A stretch of DNA of 64,000 nt from a virus (lineage: Duplodnaviria > Caudoviricetes). The position numbers and the translations under genes were made by a program. The DNA lies in IMG/VR virus record IMGVR_UViG_3300047160_036266, positions 192,001-256,000 of that record; one strand, 5' to 3'. Below are positions 47,722 through 55,232 of this stretch, piece by piece. Under the pieces are notes generated by a model. The model searched no databases. It was not told where the DNA came from and saw only the letters and a program-made list of their open reading frames with translations. How positions within the stretch are numbered: the first letter of the stretch is position 1; each line of letters begins with the position of its first letter.

Positions 47722-48063
47722 TTACTTGATGTTCGTTTCGCCCGAACCAACCGTGATGATTGCCCAATTCACCGTCGAGCCAACAGGGCTTGTAAAGGTG
47801 AACTGCCCCGGAACTCGTGCGGTCAGGAACGGGGCCGTGGCGTTGTTGGAGGTCAATACCACGATATAGGCAGCGGTGCCGCCTGGGATCGGGGGATGGT
47901 CAACGGTCGTGGATGTGGCGGTAACGGACGGACACGTTCCAGCCGCCATAACGCGAGGACCGATCAAGTGACCGACGCCCAAAGTGGTGTGCGGCGAACC
48001 TCGTGCCATCCCGTCTTGTACCGAACCCCAGCCACTTACACCAGTTACACTTGTTGCTCCCAT
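47722..48063 (-). CDS. Small beta-rich putative virion protein
   Basis: AAGGAG RBS; MGATSVTGVSG..LGVGHLIGPRVMAAGT. Confidence 0.7.
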   Translation of the reverse strand: MGATSVTGVSGWGSVQDGMARGSPHTTLGVGHLIGPRVMAAGTCPSVTATSTTVDHPPIPGGTAAYIVVLTSNNATAPFLTARVPGQFTFTSPVGSTVNWAIITVGSGETNIK

Positions 48064-48180
48064 TGATCTGTTCTCCTTTAGAAATATGAGCTAGTTCTCC
48101 TTTTATCTAAGCACCTGACGGCGAAAATATTGTCGTTTCAGAGCAAATAGTTCTGGCGGCAAAACCACTATATTTACTGT

Positions 48181-48792
48181 ATGAATGACGTGGAATTTCA
48201 AATGACAGGCGACCAAACGCAGACCGTCTTGGGTACGCTGCTGGGAACGGGCAGCATTATATTGCCGAAGGCGGGGAAGAACGCTTATCTGCAAATGCGA
48301 CAAAAGAAGAGTGGCGACGTGAACTGGCTCCGCTGCAAAGCAGAGGAACTGGTGAACATGGCTCGTCCCCATCCCTTTGTGGAGGACAAGGACAGTTGGC
48401 ATTGGGCGAGCGTGGCGAATCCGGTCTGGAATAGGTTTCTGCGGCTCTGCTATGAGAACGGGACGAAGACGGTGACGATGGACTGGTTGGACCCCTTACG
48501 CGACCGGGGCCACGCCGTCTGGTTCTTGGACAAGGGTTTGTATGACCAAAAGACCAGGCGAGTGGTCCTTAAAACCGCCTGGTTTGGGGAGAAAGGCACC
48601 AGCCTTATTCAGAAATACTTTGACCTGTGCGGTTACGAGTGCGAAGTGGAAGTCAATCGCAGCGTGTGGCGATTGGTATTTTCCCAGCAGGGCAGCGAGG
48701 AGTACCTGAAGCTTATTCTTCCTTGTTTTCCCAAATATCTTTTGGATCAAGCCTCTTTTCCCAATCCATCGCATATTCGTAAGTCGGGGTAA
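48181..48792 (+). CDS. Degenerate LAGLIDADG endonuclease-like protein
   Basis: VLGTLLGTGSI and AVWFLDKG occupy the two LAGLIDADG helices. Confidence 0.7.
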   Translation: MNDVEFQMTGDQTQTVLGTLLGTGSIILPKAGKNAYLQMRQKKSGDVNWLRCKAEELVNMARPHPFVEDKDSWHWASVANPVWNRFLRLCYENGTKTVTMDWLDPLRDRGHAVWFLDKGLYDQKTRRVVLKTAWFGEKGTSLIQKYFDLCGYECEVEVNRSVWRLVFSQQGSEEYLKLILPCFPKYLLDQASFPNPSHIRKSG

Positions 48793-49114
48793 TGATTTTG
48801 CAATTGCATACCCGACTGGTGGTATACCGTTTGTTTGTCAGGTCATATATTTCGAGCGCCATCAGGTAGCCGATCCAGTGCAATCTGATGGTGGAACCCC
48901 CGAACGTCGAGCCGGAGATGTGGACTTCGGTGGCGGTCGGCCAGTATTTCCCTCCCTGGAGCAAAAAGCGGTTGCCATAGTCCAGCTTCTCCAGTTTATA
49001 GAGGGTGTTCATCGTTTGCACTTCCAGCTTGGTTCCCGGCTCCAGCTTGGAAAGGTCGATGCCCCCAACCTTGTCCAGTCGCTTCGACAATTCCACGATC
49101 TTGTCTAAATCCAT
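48713..49114 (-). CDS. Hypothetical protein
   Basis: ORF coupled to upstream C39 gene. Confidence 0.65.
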   Translation of the reverse strand: MDLDKIVELSKRLDKVGGIDLSKLEPGTKLEVQTMNTLYKLEKLDYGNRFLLQGGKYWPTATEVHISGSTFGGSTIRLHWIGYLMALEIYDLTNKRYTTSRVCNCKIITPTYEYAMDWEKRLDPKDIWENKEE

Positions 49115-49115
49115 G

Positions 49116-49682
49116 TCAACCCACCTTGGCAGCACGGTAAATGTACCCCGGCTTACCGGACTTCCAGATCGCTATGCCGTAGCGGTTGTAGGTATTGCCG
49201 AAGTAGTCCTCGTCGTGCCAACGCTCCACGAACTGCTTATATGTTAAGTACCCCCGCTTCCCAGGCAAAGAGGAGTCCTCAAAATAGATGTGCTTTTTGT
49301 CATAACCGATGGCTGTGACATAATGGCCGCTGTGGTTCTTGTCCCGATACTTGCTCTTCTTGCCCCAAGCCTGGATGGGGCAAATGACCGGCTTCCCTTC
49401 ATCAAGCCATGCCTTTAATGCTGCGATTTCCATGTCGTGGGCTGCTCTGGCTCGCAGACCAACACTGCGGGCGAAATAGATGATGTTCTCAGGCACGGTG
49501 CCCGCCTTCGCGTCCGCCTCCAGGTACGGGATGTAGTCGAGGTCGCAGCGCATTCCGACCCCCCAATAGCAGCAGACTGCGTGCAAGGCCGCTGCACCAC
49601 ACGAGTACGTCGTGTGCTGTATGACTTCCGGCACCCATACCTTGATCGCTTCATCAGCGATGCGTATAAACCCCTTCGCCAT
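49116..49682 (-). CDS. Stand-alone C39-family cysteine peptidase
   Basis: QHTTYSCG, SGHYVTAIGYD, YFEDS. Confidence 0.85.
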   Translation of the reverse strand: MAKGFIRIADEAIKVWVPEVIQHTTYSCGAAALHAVCCYWGVGMRCDLDYIPYLEADAKAGTVPENIIYFARSVGLRARAAHDMEIAALKAWLDEGKPVICPIQAWGKKSKYRDKNHSGHYVTAIGYDKKHIYFEDSSLPGKRGYLTYKQFVERWHDEDYFGNTYNRYGIAIWKSGKPGYIYRAAKVG

Positions 49683-49772
49683 GTACCTCCAGGCTCTTCC
49701 ATACTCTTATATATTGTCGAGAGGCTGCGTTTCAGAACAATTCACACCTATAATTATAAAGAGGAGCATGGC

Positions 49773-50474
49773 ATGAAGTCATATAACCAGTGGAGCAACG
49801 ATCAAAATATCCACGGCAACCCTATTCCGTGGCCCACGCGCAATAATACCAACCCGTGGGGCGTTCCACAGAATCCTTACCAACCCAATATTCCGCCAAA
49901 CAATATGGGCATCGGCAAGCTCGGAACGAATATAAACATCGGACGTAAGTTCAGGTGGACTCTGGAGTTAAAATACAAGGACTCCACCCTGCTTGGCCCC
50001 TTCTTTGTTAAAGTGGCCAGCCGTCCGAACCTGAATATTGAAGAGACGACCGTGGACTACCTATCGGACAAATATTGGGTGGCCGGGCAGTCACGCTGGC
50101 AAGATTTGCAGGTGAGCGCTTATATTGACGGGCAGAGTGCCGGCGACCCCAAGACCGCCGAACATCAAATAGTCAATGGTATGGGAGAGTTGGCCTACGC
50201 GCAGGGTTTGACCGGGATGTTACGTCTATGGGACGGCTGCGGTACGGAACTGGAAAATTGGGAATTGAAGAATATGTTTTGCCAGAACATCCAGAGCGAT
50301 CTGGAGTACAGCAGCAGCGATATAACGGTGGAAATGACCTTCAAATACAGCGAGGCGAAATATTCCTCAACCATGCAACCTTGGACCCCTGGTGAGTTGG
50401 CTGCGAAGAAGCGGCAGGCACTCATTGACAAGGCGAGGGCCTATGCCCCGCACTTACGGTTCACTGAATTTTAG
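49773..50474 (+). CDS. T4 gp19-like tail tube protein paralogue with N/P/Q-rich extension
   Basis: RKFRW, VKVASRPNLNIEET, W.AG..RWQDLQV, LWDGCG..LENWEL, LEYSSSD..VEMTFKY. Confidence 0.75.
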   Translation: MKSYNQWSNDQNIHGNPIPWPTRNNTNPWGVPQNPYQPNIPPNNMGIGKLGTNINIGRKFRWTLELKYKDSTLLGPFFVKVASRPNLNIEETTVDYLSDKYWVAGQSRWQDLQVSAYIDGQSAGDPKTAEHQIVNGMGELAYAQGLTGMLRLWDGCGTELENWELKNMFCQNIQSDLEYSSSDITVEMTFKYSEAKYSSTMQPWTPGELAAKKRQALIDKARAYAPHLRFTEF

Positions 50475-51081
50475 TGGCTCGGACGAGGTATTGCGGGTCG
50501 GTGTCAGGGGTGCTGTGCCAGCAGATGATACCCAGGTGGTTAGTCTTCTCCCCGCTGGTTTCCTTGTCGTGCCAGCGGTTCTCGAAGTCCTCGTAAGATA
50601 GTTTGCCCCGGTCGCCTTCGATGGACGGGTCTTCAAAGTAGATGTTTTCGCCGTCGTAACCGATGGCGACGACGTAGTGGCCGCTTTCGTCGGTTTTGTA
50701 GTATTTGGGTGCGCCCCAGGCTTGAATATTGCAGATGACCGGCCATTGCTTATCAATATAAGACAGGAGTTCGTTGAGGGACATATCCTCTTTTTTGACG
50801 GCGTTGAGGCCGAAGAATTTGGCCCCTCGCACAATATTGTCCGGCTCAGTGCCTTCCTTTTCGTTGGTTTTGAGGGCCTTGATGAAATCGTCTTCACTGT
50901 CGGGGCCAAGTTTGTAGAACTCGCAAATGGCACGCAGGGCGGCGGCACCGCAGCTAAAGCTTTTTTGCTGTCGCACGCTTGGCAGTGGTATCTTGACATA
51001 CTGGAGTATTTCCCCGTTCGGGACTTGGTGCTTCTTCTCTTCCATGAGAAACCATTCCTTGAAAGTAACCCGTGCATTCAT
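50461..51081 (-). CDS. Stand-alone C39-family cysteine peptidase with capsid-targeting-like N-terminus
   Basis: VTFKEWFLMEE; QQKSFSCG, SGHYVVAIGYD, YFEDP. Confidence 0.85.
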   Translation of the reverse strand: MNARVTFKEWFLMEEKKHQVPNGEILQYVKIPLPSVRQQKSFSCGAAALRAICEFYKLGPDSEDDFIKALKTNEKEGTEPDNIVRGAKFFGLNAVKKEDMSLNELLSYIDKQWPVICNIQAWGAPKYYKTDESGHYVVAIGYDGENIYFEDPSIEGDRGKLSYEDFENRWHDKETSGEKTNHLGIICWHSTPDTDPQYLVRATKIQ

Positions 51082-51090
51082 GTGCCTCCA

Positions 51091-51474
51091 TTACCACCCG
51101 TGTTTTTTGGCGATGCGGTCGGCACACTTCTTAATTCCTCCTGGGTTGGGCGCATGACGGGAATATGCCTTGGCGGCACGGACCTGCTTCTTGTTGGACA
51201 CAGGGAAGCTCTTGCCAGGTGCGCCGCCGGACGGGCCGCAGAACGGTCCTTCGCCGGGGCCGCTGGTTTCCCGCTCCTTGCCGACGTTGGAGCCGCCGGG
51301 CTTGTCATGCACGTCCTTGTGTTCCCGCTCGACCAGCCATTCCTTGAACTTCTTCCAGCCCGCACGCTTCATCTTGGCCTTGTGGGCGGCAGACTCACCC
51401 TCTTCCTCATCATGGTCGAGGTCGATGCCGGTACGTTCTTCCTCACGTTCCAGTTCTCGGTGTGATTTCTTCAT
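51091..51474 (-). CDS. Small charged protein
   Basis: Internal FKEWLVERE; FCGPSGGAPGKSFPV..AKAYSRHAPNP; ATATATA 4 nt upstream. Confidence 0.7.
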   Translation of the reverse strand: MKKSHRELEREEERTGIDLDHDEEEGESAAHKAKMKRAGWKKFKEWLVEREHKDVHDKPGGSNVGKERETSGPGEGPFCGPSGGAPGKSFPVSNKKQVRAAKAYSRHAPNPGGIKKCADRIAKKHGW

Positions 51475-51490
51475 GACCTATATATCAGCG

Positions 51491-51754
51491 CTATTTCTTT
51501 TTCTGCTTCTTGGGACCAGGGGCCGCAGGCATGGGCGGCTTCGCCCCGCCGGGCGCACCACCTACGGGGGCGGCACCGCCCGTCTGCATGGTGCCGGGGC
51601 ACGGACCTGGGCCACCGGCGCAGGAACTCTTGCTGTGGTAGGTTGCTGAGTCGGAAGGTCGCTGGCCGGCTGGAAACTTACTGGCGTCGGCCTTGTCGTC
51701 GGCCACCATCAAGCCTTCACGGACCAGCCACTCCTGAAATGAAAGAAACCCCAT
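51491..51754 (-). CDS. Small Gly/Pro-rich protein with capsid-targeting-like N-terminus
   Basis: MGFLSFQEWLVRE; CTACATA 4 nt upstream. Confidence 0.7.
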   Translation of the reverse strand: MGFLSFQEWLVREGLMVADDKADASKFPAGQRPSDSATYHSKSSCAGGPGPCPGTMQTGGAAPVGGAPGGAKPPMPAAPGPKKQKKK

Positions 51755-51784
51755 GCACTATGTAGTAGTGCATGGGGTTTCTTT
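51742..51784. promoter_or_regulatory. Perfect 19-bp inverted repeat covering a late promoter and start codon
   Basis: aaagaaaccccatgcacta-tgtag-tagtgcatggggtttcttt. Confidence 0.75.
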
Positions 51785-51798
51785 ATTGGGCGAACGGA

Positions 51799-52350
51799 CT
51801 ACTTCTTCTTGGGGGTGGCGTAGCTACCCCGGCCTGGCCGGGTCAGGACGCCCTCGCTGACCATCCGGCTGAGTTCGACGGAGGGGTTGCTGCGGCGGTT
51901 CTTCTTTTCAAAGAACTCCTTGATGTCCTGGTTGCTCGCCACCCCGCCCTGCTCCTTGATGAAGTCCAGAATCAACTGGCGGGCGGTGATGCCTGGCTCC
52001 TCTTCCGGTGGCGGTTGCTCCTCCAGGCCCAGCAGCCCAAGTTGTTGCTGCAAGGAGGAAAAGAGCCGGTCTGACGCCGCCCGGTGCAGCTTGATCTGCT
52101 CCTCGTGCCAGGCCATGCGGGTGCGAATCTTCTCCACCGCTGCCTGAAGCTGACTGACCTCTTCGGGAACCTCTTCGGCGGGTGCCGATGGGGTGTCTGG
52201 GGGAACAACAGGGGCCTCGACCTTCGCCGCCGAAACTTCCGGGGCGGGGTCGGGCGTTATTTCATCCGTGCTGGCCGGCGGCGCTTGTTCAGCAGCGGGT
52301 GCTTCCTGCTCATCTTCTTCCGGCGACCGCTTTTGCGGCTTCTTGGTCAT
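51799..52350 (-). CDS. Coiled-coil + winged-helix protein
   Basis: GGAGG RBS; ILDFIKEQGGVASNQDIKE..SVELSRMVSEGVLTRPGRGSY. Confidence 0.7.
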   Translation of the reverse strand: MTKKPQKRSPEEDEQEAPAAEQAPPASTDEITPDPAPEVSAAKVEAPVVPPDTPSAPAEEVPEEVSQLQAAVEKIRTRMAWHEEQIKLHRAASDRLFSSLQQQLGLLGLEEQPPPEEEPGITARQLILDFIKEQGGVASNQDIKEFFEKKNRRSNPSVELSRMVSEGVLTRPGRGSYATPKKK

Positions 52351-52430
52351 GTTGCCTCCAAAGGGGAAAAAGTTGGACAGTGACGCTCCCTGGAGCATAA
52401 GGGATGCCACCGCCGTTTGCAACATGATTT

Positions 52431-52643
52431 TCAGAAGGTCAACCAGGGATCGTCAATGCTGCGGTACTTGGGCTTCTTCGGCTCGCGTACCGGCACTGGT
52501 CCCGTCTCCTCCTGCGGCGGCGGTTGCTGGGGCTGGATCAGATGATGCTTCTTCTTGTTCGCCCCGACGTTTACAACTGGCGTGGACTGAAGTGGAATGT
52601 ACGGGCAGTAGAAGTACCCTGCGTTTCGGATTATGTTTCCCAT
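52431..52643 (-). CDS. Mini-protein carrying the C-terminal motif of the major capsid protein
   Basis: GYFYCPYIPLQSTPVV vs MCP GYFYCPYVPLTQTPVV; TATAAT + GGGGAG upstream. Confidence 0.7.
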   Translation of the reverse strand: MGNIIRNAGYFYCPYIPLQSTPVVNVGANKKKHHLIQPQQPPPQEETGPVPVREPKKPKYRSIDDPWLTF

Positions 52644-52661
52644 CTCCCCTGCATTATAAGG

Positions 52662-52689
52662 ACGGGGCGGACATCATGCCCGCCCCGTG
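52662..52689. terminator. Hairpin between 52697 and 52431 genes
   Basis: acggggcgg...ccgccccgt stem. Confidence 0.55.
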
Positions 52690-52696
52690 TTCGTTT

Positions 52697-52978
52697 TTAT
52701 TGTCCCGGCTGGGTCGGCAATGACCAGTGGGCCGGGTAGACCGTCTCATCCGAATCCTCCCTGGGCTTGTACCAGATGCGATTCAGACGGCCATACCAGA
52801 ACTGTTCGTCAAGCTCGGCCCGCAGGGTCCACATATCGGTCTTGGGAACCTTGCCGGCGTACTCCTCGTCCGTCTGCGGCCCGCCGTAGCGGTTGACCGC
52901 TGGCACGGTCTTGGCGTTCATGGTGTTGTCGTATATCTTGACAAACTTCTTTTTCTCCTCGATCCAATGATTTTTCAT
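52697..52978 (-). CDS. Hypothetical protein (MKNHW start)
   Basis: AGAAAGGATAAGG upstream of ATG. Confidence 0.65.
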   Translation of the reverse strand: MKNHWIEEKKKFVKIYDNTMNAKTVPAVNRYGGPQTDEEYAGKVPKTDMWTLRAELDEQFWYGRLNRIWYKPREDSDETVYPAHWSLPTQPGQ

Positions 52979-53001
52979 CCTTATCCTTTCTAAATATGAA
53001 T

Positions 53002-53202
53002 ATGCCATTCGTCAGCAAAGCGCAACGACGTGCCTGTTATGCCCGCAACGACCCGAATTGGGATTGCGGTGAGTGGGAGTCCCACACACACGGCGACTTA
53101 CCCGAACGCAAGAAGAAGATGAGGAAATCCTTTAAGGAGTGGGTTCTTGAGAGGGAGGCTCGTTCTGGAGCCGCTGACCCTCCAGCAGAACGGCGTGCAT
53201 AA
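53002..53202 (+). CDS. Small basic phage protein
   Basis: CTAAATA 5 nt upstream; MPFVSKAQRR; KSFKEWVLERE. Confidence 0.65.
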   Translation: MPFVSKAQRRACYARNDPNWDCGEWESHTHGDLPERKKKMRKSFKEWVLEREARSGAADPPAERRA

Positions 53203-53329
53203 ACTGCCCGCAGCCCAGCTTTTCGAGGAGGCCCAGCTTGGCCCACTTTTCACTGCACTCTTTCGCCTCATTCAAGAACCGCTTACTGATCTCTTTCTTT
53301 CGGCGCTGTCCTAACCAATGGTTCTTCAT
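53132..53329 (-). CDS. Mini-protein homologous to the major capsid N-terminal propeptide
   Basis: RFLNEAKE..W..GLLE..AVLLEGQRLQNE vs MCP RFLNEARE..W..GLLE..AVLLENQRLMNE; CTATATA 5 nt upstream. Confidence 0.75.
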   Translation of the reverse strand: MKNHWLGQRRKKEISKRFLNEAKECSEKWAKLGLLEKLGCGQFMHAVLLEGQRLQNEPPSQEPTP

Positions 53330-53352
53330 GGACTTATATAGTTAGCCTTTCT

Positions 53353-53733
53353 TCAAAATGCCTCCTCATACGGCGGCGGATCGTCGCCGCCGAAGAACTG
53401 GACCCGCTTCTTGATCGCGTGGAGGTCCATCTTGTTTATTTTCCAGTACCACACCTGCCAGTCCTTTACCTCCTCTTCCGTGAAGTCGGGGGTGCGGATA
53501 ATCATGCCCGCCGGGTAGCACTCATAGACCCTGGCGTACATCGCCAGTTCGGCTTCGGAGAAGTCCTCGGTCTGGATGCGGGCACCGATGACGTAGTGTT
53601 CTTCGGTGGCCGCATAGAGCGCCCGCCAGTGGGCAATTTCCTCATCCGTGATGGGATGCCGGGATAAACCCCGGATCATCGACATATTCGAGTGGATGTC
53701 CTGTGCCATCTCGATTGAAGCTCGGATTTTCAT
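53353..53733 (-). CDS. Hypothetical protein with short helical repeats
   Basis: ITDEEIAHW / FSEAELAMY / FTEEEVKDW. Confidence 0.6.
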   Translation of the reverse strand: MKIRASIEMAQDIHSNMSMIRGLSRHPITDEEIAHWRALYAATEEHYVIGARIQTEDFSEAELAMYARVYECYPAGMIIRTPDFTEEEVKDWQVWYWKINKMDLHAIKKRVQFFGGDDPPPYEEAF

Positions 53734-53764
53734 GTTTATACAGGTACGCCAGGAGAACCAGTAG

Positions 53765-54706
53765 TCAAAATATTTTCAGATTTGTTGGTAATTTTTCTAA
53801 ACCATTCGGGAACTCTCGATAATTGAACTCCCGGTGTTTGCCGACGAGGTTGCGAAATTGGTAGTATTTTCTATTTGTTTCCGTGGCATTCCCGCCAAAT
53901 ATTGTCCGTTCTGTCCAGAATTCAAACGGCGTGGCGGTAGCTCTTACTGCGTCAGCTTTGGCCGACACTATTGCGTCTTGCGTTTGCGAGGTTGGCTTTA
54001 TTTCGATTATTCCCGTCTCACCGATGATGGACAAAACACAAAGATCGGCTATGTAGGATTTTGTTTCTTCCGAGTCTGGAAGTTTGTATTTGTATCTCTC
54101 GCTTTCGGAGTAGTACCTGAATATAGAGGGATCGTAGTCGAGCTTGATGAAAGCGGCTAGTTCCAGCAGGGACCGCCACCTAATCGGCCCCCGGCGGTAA
54201 TGGGAATTGCACCCCTTGAGGGGGAAGTAGAGGCCAGAAATGGAGGCACGACGCAATGGAATGTATTTTGCTGTTTCATTGCTGATGGGCCGCATCAGGT
54301 TCCTAACAACGTCCGGCACTTCACAGTTGTCATCAAAGACCCTGTACCAAGTGCTTCCGGGGTGGTCTGCCTTGGTCCGCTTTGTTTCTGGGGAGGACCG
54401 CATCCAGCCAACCACATCCGGGTCGAGAGCGGGGTCGATAACGCTGTACCATGTGCAGTTGGGATGGCGGTCGAATAGGATGAAGGGGTCTTCGATTTCC
54501 TCTATTTCGGGGATTTCCAACTTCCAGGTGTTGGGCCTATTTCTGGCGATTGCTTGGTGAATCTTAAATACCAGGCCACTATGGCGGCTGCGAACTTCAC
54601 CGTGGCCTGAGAAATAATGCTCAAAGCAACACCTGGGAATTTGCGTTTGCGTTGGGCGTGTTTCCTTTGACGCCTTCCTGGCTCTCATCATCATAAATCT
54701 GCCCAT
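53765..54706 (-). CDS. TnsA-N / PD-(D/E)xK endonuclease-like protein
   Basis: SLLELAAFIKLDYDP..YIADLCV..IIEIKP; AT-richer than flanks. Confidence 0.75.
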   Translation of the reverse strand: MGRFMMMRARKASKETRPTQTQIPRCCFEHYFSGHGEVRSRHSGLVFKIHQAIARNRPNTWKLEIPEIEEIEDPFILFDRHPNCTWYSVIDPALDPDVVGWMRSSPETKRTKADHPGSTWYRVFDDNCEVPDVVRNLMRPISNETAKYIPLRRASISGLYFPLKGCNSHYRRGPIRWRSLLELAAFIKLDYDPSIFRYYSESERYKYKLPDSEETKSYIADLCVLSIIGETGIIEIKPTSQTQDAIVSAKADAVRATATPFEFWTERTIFGGNATETNRKYYQFRNLVGKHREFNYREFPNGLEKLPTNLKIF

Positions 54707-54731
54707 GCCCTATTATAAGTGCTGGCAAAAT

Positions 54732-54765
54732 AAAAAGCCCCGGTCAGGCGAGTGCCTGCCGGGGC
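54732..54765 (-). terminator. Intrinsic terminator of HU gene
   Basis: gccccgg-caggc..gcctg-ccggggc followed by T-run on minus strand. Confidence 0.75.
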
Positions 54766-54789
54766 CTGCGAGCCGAAGAGATGTGCCGA

Positions 54790-55125
54790 TCAGATGGAAA
54801 CGGCGTCCTTGACGGCCTTGAGGGGCCGGACCCGCACGACATTGCGAGCAGGCTTGGCGGCGAAGACATGGGGCTGCTTGGTGAACGGGTGGACGCCGTT
54901 GCGGGCCTTGGTCGCCGGCTTGCGGACGACCCTGAACTTGGCCAGGCCGGGCAGCGCGAAGACCTGGACGTTCTTCTTGCGAAGCTGGTCCAGGGCAATA
55001 CCCGTCAGGGAGTCGATGACATCCCCGACCTGCCGGGCCGTGAGGCCGGTTTCCTCTGCGATCTTGGCCTTTAGCTCACTCTTGGTGAGGGCCTTGCCGC
55101 CCTTGGCGGCTTGACTTTGCGCCAT
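54790..55125 (-). CDS. hup: HU family nucleoid-associated protein
   Basis: LTKSEL..LPGLAKFRVVRKPATKARNGVHPFT..AAKPARNVVRVRPLKAVKDAV. Confidence 0.92.
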   Translation of the reverse strand: MAQSQAAKGGKALTKSELKAKIAEETGLTARQVGDVIDSLTGIALDQLRKKNVQVFALPGLAKFRVVRKPATKARNGVHPFTKQPHVFAAKPARNVVRVRPLKAVKDAVSI

Positions 55126-55175
55126 CCTGTCTCTCCTTTCAAAACATAGTTGCGGGTACGGAGCAAATCATTCCC

Positions 55176-55204
55176 ATTCTACGGTTGAAACCTTCCCCTG
55201 TAAA
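55176..55204 (-). promoter_or_regulatory. Sigma70-type early promoter for HU
   Basis: TTTACA-17 nt-TAGAAT on minus strand. Confidence 0.7.
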
Positions 55205-55232
55205 GTCGGAACGCCGGGTTTTTGCCGGGTTT

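Noticed and set aside
48181-48792. Intein or group I intron housing the LAGLIDADG ORF
   Set aside because: No Cys/Ser start or His-Asn end; flanking genes are intact and on the opposite strand
51772-52074. Plus-strand ORF starting MGFL, mirroring 51491..51754
   Set aside because: Start is a by-product of the inverted repeat; frame is antisense to the real gene 51799..52350
53765-54706. Tn7-like transposon or CAST
   Set aside because: Only a TnsA-N-like domain; no TnsB/C/D, TniQ, cas genes or terminal repeats visible
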